A stretch of DNA of 64,000 nt from an uncultured archaeon (GCA_902385655.1 CABMGO010000005.1:248693-312692), one strand, 5' to 3'; shown: positions 47,163-57,728, counted from the stretch's first letter. Made by a program: numbers and translations. Notes: generated by a model not told the origin, from the letters alone.

Positions 47163-48533
47163 ATGCTAGACAAGATCTCAGATGCACTGAAAAATGGAAT
47201 GAAAAAGATCTCAAATGCGATCTTTGTAGATAAAAAACTCATAGATTCTGTCATCAAAGACTTACAAAGAGCACTTATTGAAGCAGACGTAAATGTTGAA
47301 CTCGTATTTGACTTAAGCAAAAAAATTAGAGAAATTGCAATTGACGAATCTGTCAAGGGAGTTGAGAAAAAAGAACAGCTAGTCAAATTAATCCATGACC
47401 AAGTAGAGTTTTTAATTGGAAAAGGTAAAGAACTAAAATTAGAAAAGAAAACAACAATTCTTCTTCTAGGTTTATATGGTTCTGGTAAAACAACAACAAT
47501 TTCTAAACTCGGGTTTTATTATGCAAAAAGAGGAAGAAAAGTTTGTGCACTGGGTTTAGATACCCAAAGACCTGCAGCTATGCAACAGCTCAAAGACATG
47601 TGCGATAAAGCAAAAATTCCAGCTTTCATAAATGAAAAAGAAAAAGATCCGCTAAAAATAATAAAACAATATCAAGAGAAGCTAGAAGAATATGATTTAG
47701 TTCTTGTAGACACAGCAGGAAGAGACACATTAAAAGACGATTTGATAGACGAAATAAAATCAATCGAGAAAAAAATAAAACCAACATACAGAATCTTAAT
47801 CATTCCAGCAGATATCGGACAAGCCGCAAAAAAACAAGCATCTGAATTCCAAAAAGCACTTTCTATCGACGGAGTAATAATCACAAGAATGGATGGAACT
47901 GCTAGAGCTGGCGGAGCATTAACTGCCTGTGCAGAAACAAAAGCGCCGGTATTTTTTATTGGAACTGGAGAAAAAATAAATGAACTAGAAACATTCGATT
48001 CAACAGCATTTATTTCAAGACTTTTAGGAATGGGAGACTTAGAAGGTCTTTTGGAAAAAGTTCGTTCAGCAGTTGATGAAAAACAACAAGAAAAGATAGA
48101 ACAAAGATTGAAAGAAGGAAAATTCACACTTCATGATTTATATTCTCAGCTTGAATCAATGGGACAGCTAGGAAGCATGGACAAATTAATGAGCATGATT
48201 CCAGGATTTGGAAACGCAGCAGCCAAACTTCCAAAAGAAGCGCTTGCAAAACAAGAAGAAAAAATGAAACACTGGAAATATGCAATTCAATCTATGACAA
48301 AAGAAGAAGTAGAAAATCCAGAACTTTTTGATAAGCAAACTTCAAGAATCCAAAGAGTTTCAAAAGGCTCAGGAACGACAACAGGAGAAATCAGAGAACT
48401 TTTGAAGCAATATAAAATGATAAATGATCTAATGAAATCTCAAGCATCAATGGAAGGACTTCAAGAAGGAAAAATAGACAAGAAGACCATGATGAAAATG
48501 GCTAGAAAGTTTAGAGGAAAGATAAAGTTGTAA
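47163..48533 (+). CDS. srp54: Signal recognition particle 54 kDa protein
   Basis: LLGLYGSGKTTTISKLGFYYAKRGRKVCALGLDTQRPAA..., M domain SMIPGFGN. Confidence 0.95.
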   Translation: MLDKISDALKNGMKKISNAIFVDKKLIDSVIKDLQRALIEADVNVELVFDLSKKIREIAIDESVKGVEKKEQLVKLIHDQVEFLIGKGKELKLEKKTTILLLGLYGSGKTTTISKLGFYYAKRGRKVCALGLDTQRPAAMQQLKDMCDKAKIPAFINEKEKDPLKIIKQYQEKLEEYDLVLVDTAGRDTLKDDLIDEIKSIEKKIKPTYRILIIPADIGQAAKKQASEFQKALSIDGVIITRMDGTARAGGALTACAETKAPVFFIGTGEKINELETFDSTAFISRLLGMGDLEGLLEKVRSAVDEKQQEKIEQRLKEGKFTLHDLYSQLESMGQLGSMDKLMSMIPGFGNAAAKLPKEALAKQEEKMKHWKYAIQSMTKEEVENPELFDKQTSRIQRVSKGSGTTTGEIRELLKQYKMINDLMKSQASMEGLQEGKIDKKTMMKMARKFRGKIKL

Positions 48534-48534
48534 A

Positions 48535-48876
48535 ATGAGAAAAGAGAGTTTGGTACTCATCCACACATTGTTGGTTATACTAGTCTGGCTTTCCCCATTT
48601 TGGCTTGATTGGAAAATAATTTTAGCAGGAATATTTTTATTAATATTACAAGAGATTGTCTTTAAAGGATGCATATTAACAAACCTTCAGTTCTCTAAAA
48701 AAATTAATAAAAAAGTTGAAGATACTATGTACTCTTATTACTTAGAAAAATTAGGATTAAAACCAAACAAAAGAAAAATAAGATTTTTAGCAAGAAATAT
48801 CTTCCCATGGATAATATTTATTATATCTATTCTCTGGCAAATTTTATTAAATAACTCTGTCTTATTTAAGATATAA
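48535..48876 (+). CDS. Membrane protein, unknown
   Basis: 113-aa ORF. Confidence 0.5.
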   Translation: MRKESLVLIHTLLVILVWLSPFWLDWKIILAGIFLLILQEIVFKGCILTNLQFSKKINKKVEDTMYSYYLEKLGLKPNKRKIRFLARNIFPWIIFIISILWQILLNNSVLFKI

Positions 48877-49102
48877 TTTCAAAAAGATAAAAAGTATAAA
48901 ATTGATAAGAAACCTTCCGCATTTAACAACCTCGCAATCGATTTGCGCAATATATAATTGAAGCAGAGCTTCAACAATTTCCTAAGAAAACTGGGTTACC
49001 TAACTTAGAAATTTTCGACCTGAACTTAATCGCTCGCGCTTCGCGCTCGCGTAACTTCCGAAAATCAATAAATATAAATAATAATCCAATCAAAATACAA
49101 TT

Positions 49103-49711
49103 ATGGTAAAAATACTCGCACAAGGAGCAGAAGCAATAATCGAATTAGAAAAAGGAATAGTTATCAAGAAACGAATTCCAAAATCTTATCGACTTAAAGA
49201 ACTAGATGAAAAAATAAGAGAATCAAGAACAAGAAAAGAAACAAAAATTTTAGAAAAAGCGCATAAAATAATTAATGTTCCAGAAGTTTTAAAGAAAAAA
49301 GAATATGAAATCGACCTAGAATATATAGAAGGCGACAAACTAGCTGAAAAGTTAAACTCATATCCACTCGAAAAACAATTAAAAGTTATGGAAAATTTAG
49401 GCGAAGAAGTCGCAAAACTTCACGCAAATGATATAATTCACGGGGACCTCACAACCTCAAATACAATACTCAAAGAAAGTAAAGTATTCATAATCGATTT
49501 TGGCTTAGGGTTTATATCGAAAAGAACCGAAGACAAAGCAGTAGACCTGCACCTAATCAAACAAGCACTCGAAGCAAAACATTTCCAAAACTATGAGAAA
49601 CTTTTCCACCATTTTAAAGAAGGATACAAAAAAGACTTCAAAGAAGCCGAAGCAGTTCTAGAACGATTCAAAAAAGTAGAAGCTAGAGGTCGATATAAAC
49701 ACGCAGGATAA
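49103..49711 (+). CDS. KEOPS-associated kinase Bud32
   Basis: AEAIIELEKGIVIKKRIPKSYR...DIIHGDLTTSNTILKESKVFIIDFGLGFISKRTEDKAVDLHL. Confidence 0.9.
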   Translation: MVKILAQGAEAIIELEKGIVIKKRIPKSYRLKELDEKIRESRTRKETKILEKAHKIINVPEVLKKKEYEIDLEYIEGDKLAEKLNSYPLEKQLKVMENLGEEVAKLHANDIIHGDLTTSNTILKESKVFIIDFGLGFISKRTEDKAVDLHLIKQALEAKHFQNYEKLFHHFKEGYKKDFKEAEAVLERFKKVEARGRYKHAG

Positions 49712-49723
49712 TCTTGAAAATAT

Positions 49724-49819
49724 GAAAATTTTTGCATTAATTGAAACGGATAACTATCGAAATTAGGGGCGGGCACCAAAACGTAATTTTGGTTCGGGGG
49801 AAATTATGCAAAAATTTCC
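49724..49819 (+). repeat. 96-nt structured element, copy 3
   Basis: GAAAATTTTTGCAT...GGATAACTATCGAAATTAGGGGCGGG-CACCAAAACGTAATTTTGGTTC-GGGGGAAATTATGCAAAAATTTC. Confidence 0.8.
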
Positions 49820-49858
49820 TCTAAAAAACTTTATAAAGCATGATTTTATCAAATTCTT

Positions 49859-50242
49859 ATGGCTTACAAAATAAACGTATCACACAAAGGAAAAGCAGTA
49901 AAGTTCGAAACAGATAATGAAGAATTACTTGGAGTTATAATTGGTTCAGACATAGACGGTAAATTAATCTCTGCTGACTTAGAAGGCTACACATTGACAG
50001 TTACAGGAACATCAGATATTGCAGGTTTCCCAGGACTTCCAGACGTAAAAGGTCCAGCACTTAGAGGAGTAATCTTATCTAAAGGAAGAGGAATGCAAGA
50101 TAACACTGAAGGAATAAGAAAAAGAAAAAAAGTCCGAGGAAATGAAATTTCTGCTGAAACAGTTCAAATTAACTTAAAAGTTAAGAAAGAAGGAACAAAG
50201 AAGTTTGAAGAAATGGTGCCTGCAAAAGAAGAGAAGAAATAA
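49859..50242 (+). CDS. rps6e: 30S ribosomal protein S6e
   Basis: ISADLEGYTLTVTGTSDIAGFPGLPDVKGPALRGVILSKGRGMQ. Confidence 0.9.
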   Translation: MAYKINVSHKGKAVKFETDNEELLGVIIGSDIDGKLISADLEGYTLTVTGTSDIAGFPGLPDVKGPALRGVILSKGRGMQDNTEGIRKRKKVRGNEISAETVQINLKVKKEGTKKFEEMVPAKEEKK

Positions 50243-50289
50243 TTCTGATTAATACGAATGATTAAAAACCAGTCCTAAGTCAAATAGTA

Positions 50290-50934
50290 ATGTTAAGCGA
50301 AGAGTTTTTTGAAAAATTAAAACAATCAATCCTGCCACATTTTGAAGAAACTGGAGGCCACGAAATTGAGCATACAGAAAGAGTTTACAGGTTGTGCTTG
50401 ACGATTGCAAAAACAGAAAAAATAGATTTAGACATTATCAGGGCCGCAGCATTGCTTCATGATATAGCAAGAAAAAAACAAGAAGAGATGAATAATACAA
50501 TATGTCATGCAGATGAAGGAGCCAAGATGGCTAGAGAACTCCTTACAGAAGTAGAATTTCCAAAAGAAAAAATAGATGAAGTGAGTTATGCCATAAAAGT
50601 ACACAGATATTCTACAAAGATCAAACCAGACACAAAAGAGGCACAAATTCTCCAAGATGCAGACAGACTGGATTCTCTTGGTGCAACAATAATTGCTCGA
50701 TGCTTTGCTTTTAATGGAAAAAGAAATATCAGAACGTATGATCCCCTGATTCCGCCAAATAAAGACCATAAGGATAAACAAACAACAGCAGTCAACTTTT
50801 TTTATGAGAAAATTTTAAAACTGAAACCTGAGACATTCAACACAAAGAAAGGGATAGAAATTGCCAAATTAAGATATGATTTTGTTCAAGAATTTTTAGA
50901 AAGATTCATCAAGGAATGGAAAGGCGAGGAATAA
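50290..50934 (+). CDS. HD-domain phosphohydrolase
   Basis: GHEIEHTERVYRL...AALLHDIARKKQEE...QDADRLDSLGA. Confidence 0.85.
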   Translation: MLSEEFFEKLKQSILPHFEETGGHEIEHTERVYRLCLTIAKTEKIDLDIIRAAALLHDIARKKQEEMNNTICHADEGAKMARELLTEVEFPKEKIDEVSYAIKVHRYSTKIKPDTKEAQILQDADRLDSLGATIIARCFAFNGKRNIRTYDPLIPPNKDHKDKQTTAVNFFYEKILKLKPETFNTKKGIEIAKLRYDFVQEFLERFIKEWKGEE

Positions 50935-50968
50935 CTAAACTTAAAAACTCATTTTCTATCGTAATTTT

Positions 50969-52162
50969 ATGGAAAGTTTACCAACAATAAATGTCGGAAT
51001 TGTAGGGCATATCGATCATGGTAAGACCACTCTTCTTTACAAACTCTCCGGAAAATGGACTGACACACACTCCGAGGAATTAAAGAGAGGAATCACGATC
51101 AAACTAGGTTATGCAGACTCAATAGTAAAAATTGGAGAAGATGGAAAATATACAACGAAAAAAGACGCAGTAGGAAAACCAGTCAGATATATAACTTTTG
51201 TAGACGCACCAGGACACGAAATGCTTATGGCAACAATGTTATCCGGAGCAGCAATCATGGACGCTGCAATTCTAGTAGTAGCTGCAAATGAAGGTATCAA
51301 ACCACAAACAAAGGAACATCTAGTAGCACTTCAAGCAAAAAAAATCAAAAATATAATTGTAGTTCAAAATAAAATTGACCTAGTTACTCAAGAACAAGCA
51401 ATTGAGAATTACAAAAAAATAAAAGAATTTCTTAAAGGAACAATTGCTGAAAATGCACCAGTCATTCCAGTTTCCGCACAACAAGAGATCAATCTAGATA
51501 AAATATTAGAACAACTTTGCAAAATCGAAATACCTTCGAGAAACACAACAGACAAACCAGTATTTCTAATTGCAAGAAGTTTTGACATAAATAAACCTGG
51601 AACAGAGCTTTCCAAATTACATGGAGGAGTTCTGGGAGGAGCGTTAAAACAAGGAAAAATAAAAGTAGGAGATGAATTAGAAATCAAACCAGGCTATAGT
51701 TACAAAAAACAAAACCAATTCTATTATCAAACGGTAAAAACAAAAATAGTTTCTATTCAACAAGGAGACAATAAAATCGAAGAGGCAATACCTGGAGGAA
51801 GTCTTGCAATTGAAACTGAATTGGATCCTTCATTAACGAAAGCAGATGCGTTGTCAGGCTGTATTGCTTCAACATCCGGCGCACTACCTGAAATTACTTC
51901 TGAAATAAAACTAAAATTCAATTTATTCAAGGAAGTTTTAGGAACAGAAACAAATGACAAAGTAGCTGAACTAAAAACAATGGAAATGTTAATGTTAAGT
52001 ATAAACACTTCAACAACAGTTGGAACAGTTAAAAAAGTAAAAGGAAATGAAGCTGAGCTTTCTCTAAAGATTCCAATTGTTCCTCTAAAAGGAGATTCTA
52101 TCGGACTTGCAAGAAATATCGGGGGCCACTGGCGATTAATCGGGATGGCTGAAATTGTCTAA
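50969..52162 (+). CDS. eif2g: Translation initiation factor aIF2 gamma
   Basis: VGHIDHGKTTLLYKLSG...RGITIKLGYAD...DAPGHEMLM. Confidence 0.95.
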   Translation: MESLPTINVGIVGHIDHGKTTLLYKLSGKWTDTHSEELKRGITIKLGYADSIVKIGEDGKYTTKKDAVGKPVRYITFVDAPGHEMLMATMLSGAAIMDAAILVVAANEGIKPQTKEHLVALQAKKIKNIIVVQNKIDLVTQEQAIENYKKIKEFLKGTIAENAPVIPVSAQQEINLDKILEQLCKIEIPSRNTTDKPVFLIARSFDINKPGTELSKLHGGVLGGALKQGKIKVGDELEIKPGYSYKKQNQFYYQTVKTKIVSIQQGDNKIEEAIPGGSLAIETELDPSLTKADALSGCIASTSGALPEITSEIKLKFNLFKEVLGTETNDKVAELKTMEMLMLSINTSTTVGTVKKVKGNEAELSLKIPIVPLKGDSIGLARNIGGHWRLIGMAEIV

Positions 52163-52335
52163 TTAGAACTAAATTAGAAACTCTACTTAAGGCAGAAATT
52201 TCATAGGGATTTGTTAAGATGATAAATAAATCAAAAATGAACATTTTAACGAATCGAGTTGAAATTATTTAGTTTTATAAAAAAATTCCAAACACTTTTA
52301 AATCATCTAAATTTAAGATTTTCATAGTAAAGGAT

Positions 52336-52408
52336 AGCCCTATAGTGTAGCGGTCAAGCATACAGGCCTTTGACGCCTGTGACCCCGGTTCGAATCCGGG
52401 TGGGGCTA
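52336..52408 (+). tRNA. tRNA-Gln (TTG)
   Basis: AGCCCTA...TGGGGCT; CAGGC CTTTGAC GCCTG; CCCGG TTCGAAT CCGGG. Confidence 0.9.
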
Positions 52409-52477
52409 TTGCAGATTGAACAAAGTGAAATCTGCTATCACCAGGATACTTGTAAAAATCGCAATTTTTATCGCGAA

Positions 52478-52558
52478 TCCTGAGAAATTCGCTCCGAGCT
52501 AAACAAAAAATAGAATAAGTATTTAGCGAGGTGCAAATTTTGAGCAAGGTGGGGCTAT
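52478..52558 (+). repeat. Family-1 hairpin repeat (copy H) plus 11-bp duplicate of tRNA-Gln 3' end
   Basis: atcctgagaaattcgctccgag...gcgaggtgcaaattttgagcaa + ggtggggctat. Confidence 0.65.
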
Positions 52559-52591
52559 CTAAGCGGAAAAAAGAGTTCTGATAAAATAATA

Positions 52592-53164
52592 ATGGAAACA
52601 AATGAAACAAGATTAGAATGCAGAGTTACAGAAGATAGATTCTACTTTATGGATAAAAGCCTAGATACTACTTTAGGTCATTTAGACACGGGCGATGCAG
52701 AAGATTTTAAAGACAGTTTAGAAGAAATAAGAGCATTAATCGAAGCAAACCCCTTTTATGAAAAAATTAAATTTCTCTTAAAAAACAAGGATCTGCAAAA
52801 AAGAAAAGTAAAAAATATGCATGACGAAATAAGATCTCCAAATTGTATTGGAACAGCACTTTGGATTATTGGAAAAAGTCAACTAGATTATCCTTATCAT
52901 GGATATGACGAGTGTTTAGCAAGATTACTTGGTTGGAAAGAATTAAAGAATGACTATTGGGGAAAAAAATTTTCTAAAGAACAAGCAACTCCAGGCGCAT
53001 TAGTAATTTCGTGTTATGATGGAGACTGGCATGCAGGAGTTTATCTAGGAAAGGTAAAAAACAAACATATAACTTTCTGCAAACAAGGATACTCATACTC
53101 TCCGTTCGGCCCTGCCTCTTTTAGATATTATGCAAGACCAGTAGATTATCCTCTCGGACTATAA
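52592..53164 (+). CDS. NlpC/P60-like papain-fold protein (tentative)
   Basis: NCIGTALWIIG ... ATPGALVISCYDGDWHAGVYLGKV. Confidence 0.45.
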   Translation: METNETRLECRVTEDRFYFMDKSLDTTLGHLDTGDAEDFKDSLEEIRALIEANPFYEKIKFLLKNKDLQKRKVKNMHDEIRSPNCIGTALWIIGKSQLDYPYHGYDECLARLLGWKELKNDYWGKKFSKEQATPGALVISCYDGDWHAGVYLGKVKNKHITFCKQGYSYSPFGPASFRYYARPVDYPLGL

Positions 53165-53180
53165 TAATTTAAAAATAAAA

Positions 53181-53327
53181 TTAAATTTTAATATCTGCAT
53201 CTTTCAAATTCTCATCATGTTGATCCATATCTCCAGACATTAAACAATCAAAGCAAGTTGTAACACTGCCATCCTGTTTTTTAAAAAAACCTTTCCCATG
53301 ACACTTTGGACAATTTGGATTTGCCAT
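53181..53327 (-). CDS. Small zinc-ribbon protein
   Basis: 48-aa MANPNCPKCHGKGFFKKQDGSVTTCFDCLMSGDMDQHDENLKDADIKI, not in ORF track. Confidence 0.5.
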   Translation of the reverse strand: MANPNCPKCHGKGFFKKQDGSVTTCFDCLMSGDMDQHDENLKDADIKI

Positions 53328-53626
53328 TTTGCGATATTTTTCGAAAATTTATTTGAGAAAAATATCGCAAGGTAACAAGCTTTCGTCGAAGACGAATGAA
53401 GTGACCGCGTCACTACTTGTCGCGTTACCGCTATCGACTCGGAACTTCGAATCTTATTCGAACATTGTTCCGAAGTCCACCGAAGCGAAAATCCTCAGAA
53501 TAAACTTCTGATATAAAATACATCAAAAAAGATTATATAAACTTATATGTAGACGAGTGTATACGAAAAAATAGTCTATACTCTCCTTGCCCAAACCTTT
53601 AAAAAGCGTTCTTCATAGCAAATTGT

Positions 53627-53986
53627 ATGGTAAAAGCAAAAGCAGCAGATAAATATTCAAAACCGACTTGGTTGAAAATGTCTGAAGAGGATCTAGCAAA
53701 GCTCATCGCAACACTTGCAGAAAAATATCAACCAGCACAAATAGGACTAATTTTAAGAGACCAATATGGAGTTCCGACAACAAAAGTATATGGTAAAAAG
53801 TTGGGTCAATATCTCAAAGAAATGGGAAAGAAAGTAGATTCTGATCTGAAAAATGTAGAAAAGAAAGTAGAAAACATGAATGAGCACTTAAAGAAACACA
53901 TTACTGATAAAAGATCCAAACATATGTTACAAAAGTCAGTTTCCAGACTTAAAGCAATGAGAACATATTCTGCTAAAAGAAAATAA
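53627..53986 (+). CDS. rps15: 30S ribosomal protein S15
   Basis: LATLAEKYQPAQIGLILRDQYGVPTTKVYGKKLGQYL. Confidence 0.9.
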   Translation: MVKAKAADKYSKPTWLKMSEEDLAKLIATLAEKYQPAQIGLILRDQYGVPTTKVYGKKLGQYLKEMGKKVDSDLKNVEKKVENMNEHLKKHITDKRSKHMLQKSVSRLKAMRTYSAKRK

Positions 53987-54127
53987 AAAAAATATCCGTC
54001 GACAAATATTCTTTTTAAAAAAGACAACCAGTTTTATTTAAAAATCTTAGGTGTTATTAAAAAATGATAAAAATTTACAATAAACCTTAAAAAGAGATTT
54101 TATTTTTTTAGAAGTAAGGGTGATGCT

Positions 54128-55453
54128 ATGTTAAATACTATGTCTAATTTGGCGAAGGAATTTCTTGAAATTTCAAAAGATAGACAAATAAGACTCATTT
54201 CACACTATGACACGGATGGAATTACCTCGGCAGCAATAATGACTCGAACATTAAAAAGGCTAGACAAAAAATTTACGTTACGGATAGTGAAGGGCTTAGA
54301 GAAGAATATAATTGAGGAGGAGCTCTCAAGAAACAAAAGAGAAATTTTATTTTTTGTAGATCTTGCCTCAAGTAGTATTGATCAACTAAGAAGCTCATCT
54401 GAACCAGTTTTCATTTTAGACCACCATGAAATAGATGGATCCAAAATAAATGAAAAAATCAAAATAGTTAACCCTCATTTATTCAACGAGGAAGAAATTT
54501 GCAGTGCAGGCCTTTCCTATTTATTTGCAAAAGCAATTTCTGAAAAAAATAAAGATCTCGCAAATACTGCAATTATAGGCATGGTGGGAGACAGACATGA
54601 AACAAAGCTAAACAAGCATTATCAACTTATAATAAATGATTCAGAAAATCTCGAAATAAAAAAATCACTTCTCATATTCTCTGCAACAAGACCCCTAAGA
54701 AAATCCCTCGAGTATTCTACCTCTTTTTATATACCTGGAGTAACGGGATCATCAAAAGGAGTCCAAGAGTTACTGAGAGAAAATGGAATTTCTGGAGAAA
54801 AAACACTGTATGAGCTAACAGATGAAGAAATATCAAAATTAATTACGTCAATTTTGATAAGAATGGTTGCAAAAGGCGATAAAACAGAAATACTTGGGAA
54901 CTTATACATAACAAAATTCTACAACAGGAAAGAAGATGTCCGAGAACTATCTGTATTAATAAACGCATGTTCAAGATTAGGATTTCCAGAGATTGCACTT
55001 TCATTTTGTTTACAAAACGAAAAAGCAAAAGAACAAGCGCAAGATATCTATACCCAGTACAAACAAGAACTTATTGATGCTCTAAAAAATGCAGAAAAAC
55101 TAGAAAAAATCCAAGGCCGAGGATTTATGATTATGAATGCAAAAGACCAAATAAAAGATACTATCATTGGAACAGTAACTTCTATACTCTCTTCATCACT
55201 AGACTATGAATCTGGAACAATCTTAATCGGAATGGCATATAATCAAGACAAAATAAAAGTATCTGCGAGAGTTGCAGGAAGAGACGGAAAAAATCTAAAA
55301 GAAGTTCTTGAAAAAACAATAAGTATAACTCAAATGAATGCAGAAGTAGGGGGGCACCACATGGCTGCAGGATGTCTTATTAAAAAAGAAGATGAACAAA
55401 AATTTGTTGAAGAGCTCAGAAAAAACCTTGAAATTGAAGTAGTTAAAATCTAG
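54128..55453 (+). CDS. DHH-family RecJ-like phosphoesterase/exonuclease
   Basis: ISHYDTDGITSAAIMTRTL ... LDHHEID ... GDRHETK ... AEVGGHHMAAGCLIKKED. Confidence 0.85.
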   Translation: MLNTMSNLAKEFLEISKDRQIRLISHYDTDGITSAAIMTRTLKRLDKKFTLRIVKGLEKNIIEEELSRNKREILFFVDLASSSIDQLRSSSEPVFILDHHEIDGSKINEKIKIVNPHLFNEEEICSAGLSYLFAKAISEKNKDLANTAIIGMVGDRHETKLNKHYQLIINDSENLEIKKSLLIFSATRPLRKSLEYSTSFYIPGVTGSSKGVQELLRENGISGEKTLYELTDEEISKLITSILIRMVAKGDKTEILGNLYITKFYNRKEDVRELSVLINACSRLGFPEIALSFCLQNEKAKEQAQDIYTQYKQELIDALKNAEKLEKIQGRGFMIMNAKDQIKDTIIGTVTSILSSSLDYESGTILIGMAYNQDKIKVSARVAGRDGKNLKEVLEKTISITQMNAEVGGHHMAAGCLIKKEDEQKFVEELRKNLEIEVVKI

Positions 55454-55780
55454 TTTTAAGTTAAATGACGATTAAAAAGTAAAAAATTGATACGAGATCT
55501 TCTGCATTTAACGACCTCGCAATCGACTTGCGAACTGGATAAATAGCGAAGCTTCAAGAATTTCCTTAAAAACTTTGGTTACCTAAACTATAAAACTAGC
55601 TGAACGGAAACTTCTGCAACTAACCGCTGCGTGCTTTGCACGCAAGATAAGAAACAAATTTTTTCTTCGAAAAAATTTGACAATTTCCTCAAAAAATTGG
55701 TTACCCAAACTATAAACTCTAATATTCTTCAAGCAAACCAAGAACCTAACCTTTAAAAATTAAAAAAACCAATTTAAGCT

Positions 55781-56026
55781 ATGGTAAACCTAGGAGAAAT
55801 TTTAGCATCAGCAGAAAAAATATCAAATCCGAAAGAATGTTTTGAATATTTAGACTCACAAAAACTCTCTACTGAAGAACTTAGAACCATCGTTAGAGCA
55901 AGATGCAGAACAATAGAATTCTCCGCAGAGGCTTATAAAAGATATGGTCCAAACACGCTCTATGACGAAGCAGAAAGACATAATCTGCTCGTTGCAGCAC
56001 AAAGTCCACAGGGATGTAGAACCTAA
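55781..56026 (+). CDS. Small hypothetical protein
   Basis: 81-aa ORF. Confidence 0.5.
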   Translation: MVNLGEILASAEKISNPKECFEYLDSQKLSTEELRTIVRARCRTIEFSAEAYKRYGPNTLYDEAERHNLLVAAQSPQGCRT

Positions 56027-56075
56027 GCCAAATACCAATCTAAATCTTTAAAAACCCTCAAAATCACTAACGTTT

Positions 56076-56246
56076 ATGGCAGACGCAAAATTTGTAAAAG
56101 TAAAATGTTCCAAATGTAAGAATACCCAAGTTATATTTGGAAAAGCAGCTACAAAGGTAAAATGCACAGAATGTGACGGAATTATCGCACTACCTTCTGG
56201 CGGAAATGCAAAGATAAGAGCAAGAGTAGAAGAAGTTCTAAAATAA
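56076..56246 (+). CDS. rps27e: 30S ribosomal protein S27e
   Basis: MADAKFVKVKCSKCKNTQVIFGKAATKVKCTECDGIIALPSGGNAKIRARVEEVLK; not in ORF track. Confidence 0.9.
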   Translation: MADAKFVKVKCSKCKNTQVIFGKAATKVKCTECDGIIALPSGGNAKIRARVEEVLK

Positions 56247-56250
56247 GCAA

Positions 56251-56823
56251 ATGTCAAGAGTTGAAACAATAGTTCTTTTTGATATGGATGATACTCTTTT
56301 CGATCATAACGGCCAATTACTGAAAGATTTAAAAAAATTAGCCGATCCTTCTGAACCAGAACTTTCTGAAAAAGACCTATATAAAGCACCGCCGCATATT
56401 AGAGAAAGAACATTTAGAATAAGAGAAAGAAAAGAATGGTGGGCAGATCTTCCAAAATTTCAATTAGGTTGGGATGTCTGGAACCTCGTAGGAGAGCTTA
56501 GTTATCAAAGAGAAATTCTTACTAAAGCCAACTTAAAAAATCCAGCAATGTGGATGGGAAAAGTTGAATGCATAGTAAAAAATATAGGAGAAAAAACCCC
56601 AGTGACAATTACTTCAACAAGTAAGTCCAGACATTATGGAAGAGTGCTAGTAGACGATTTCCCAGAATATTGCTCAAGTTGGTTAAACCACAGACCCAGA
56701 GGTCTAGTTATTATGCCTGCACATGAATATAACAGATATTTCTCTCATCCACAACTAATAAGATATGATGGAACCAACTTAGAAGAAGTAAGAAGGGCCC
56801 TAATTAAAGTTAAAGTCCAATAA
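56251..56823 (+). CDS. HAD-superfamily phosphatase-like protein
   Basis: IVLFDMDDTLFDHNGQ. Confidence 0.65.
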   Translation: MSRVETIVLFDMDDTLFDHNGQLLKDLKKLADPSEPELSEKDLYKAPPHIRERTFRIRERKEWWADLPKFQLGWDVWNLVGELSYQREILTKANLKNPAMWMGKVECIVKNIGEKTPVTITSTSKSRHYGRVLVDDFPEYCSSWLNHRPRGLVIMPAHEYNRYFSHPQLIRYDGTNLEEVRRALIKVKVQ

Positions 56824-56870
56824 ATAACGGACACTAATGCTTAAAAACCATTTAATTCTCATTTTTATGT

Positions 56871-57578
56871 ATGGCATATCAAGAAGGCGACCTAGTATTA
56901 TGCACTGTAGAAAAGATAGAAGGGACTACCGTATTTGTAAAACTACCTGACAATTCGCAAGGAACAATAGTTTTTTCCGAGATAGCTCCGGGAAGAATTA
57001 GAAATATAAGAGAGTATGTAATGCCGAATAAGAAAATTGTCTGTAAGGTTCTAAGAGTTTCTTCAAATCATATGGATCTTTCATTAAGAAGAGTTAGTGC
57101 AAAAGAAAGAACAGAAATTATGGACCAATTCAAACAAGAAATGACTTCCAAATCCGCATTAAATTCTATATTGAAAGACAAAGCAAAAGAAGTAGAAGAT
57201 AAAATCTTGCAAAATTTTTCCTCACTCTCAGAATTCTTCTTAAAAGCAAGAGATGACGAAAAAATAGTAGACAAGTACATTCCAAAAGAATTTGTAGAAC
57301 AGTTAAAGAAAATAACTCAAAAAAGAAAAAAAGGAGTGGAAATCAAAAAAGTTGTAAAGATGAAATGTTTAGCACCAGACGGAATAAAAAAAATAAAAGA
57401 AATTTTCTCTGAAAACGACGAACAGATACAAATAACATATATCTCTGCTGGAAACTTCCAAATAAATATAAAAGATGAAGACTATAAAAAAGCAAATCAG
57501 AAAATGAATGACTTCTTAGCAATAGTAGAAAAGAAAGGAAAACAGAATTCTTGTGAATATTCTATTGAAGACAAATGA
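56871..57578 (+). CDS. eif2a: Translation initiation factor aIF2 alpha
   Basis: S1 domain TVEKIEGTTVFVKLPDNSQGTIVFSEIAPGRIRNIREYV; DLSLRRV. Confidence 0.9.
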   Translation: MAYQEGDLVLCTVEKIEGTTVFVKLPDNSQGTIVFSEIAPGRIRNIREYVMPNKKIVCKVLRVSSNHMDLSLRRVSAKERTEIMDQFKQEMTSKSALNSILKDKAKEVEDKILQNFSSLSEFFLKARDDEKIVDKYIPKEFVEQLKKITQKRKKGVEIKKVVKMKCLAPDGIKKIKEIFSENDEQIQITYISAGNFQINIKDEDYKKANQKMNDFLAIVEKKGKQNSCEYSIEDK

Positions 57579-57727
57579 GCCTAAAATTAAAAAGATGCCC
57601 GAATTGTAAAGAGTATAATCTTACAGAGACATGTAGAAAATGCAAATCAAAAACCGAAGACGCACATTACAAGTTTATAAAAATCAGAGATGCGCCCAAT
57701 AGTGATGGATTTTTTAAAGATCACTAA
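57575..57727 (+). CDS. nop10: Ribosome biogenesis protein Nop10
   Basis: MSLKLKRCPNCKEYNLTETCRKCKSKTEDAH...; overlaps aif2a stop; not in ORF track. Confidence 0.85.
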   Translation: MSLKLKRCPNCKEYNLTETCRKCKSKTEDAHYKFIKIRDAPNSDGFFKDH

Positions 57728-57728
57728 A

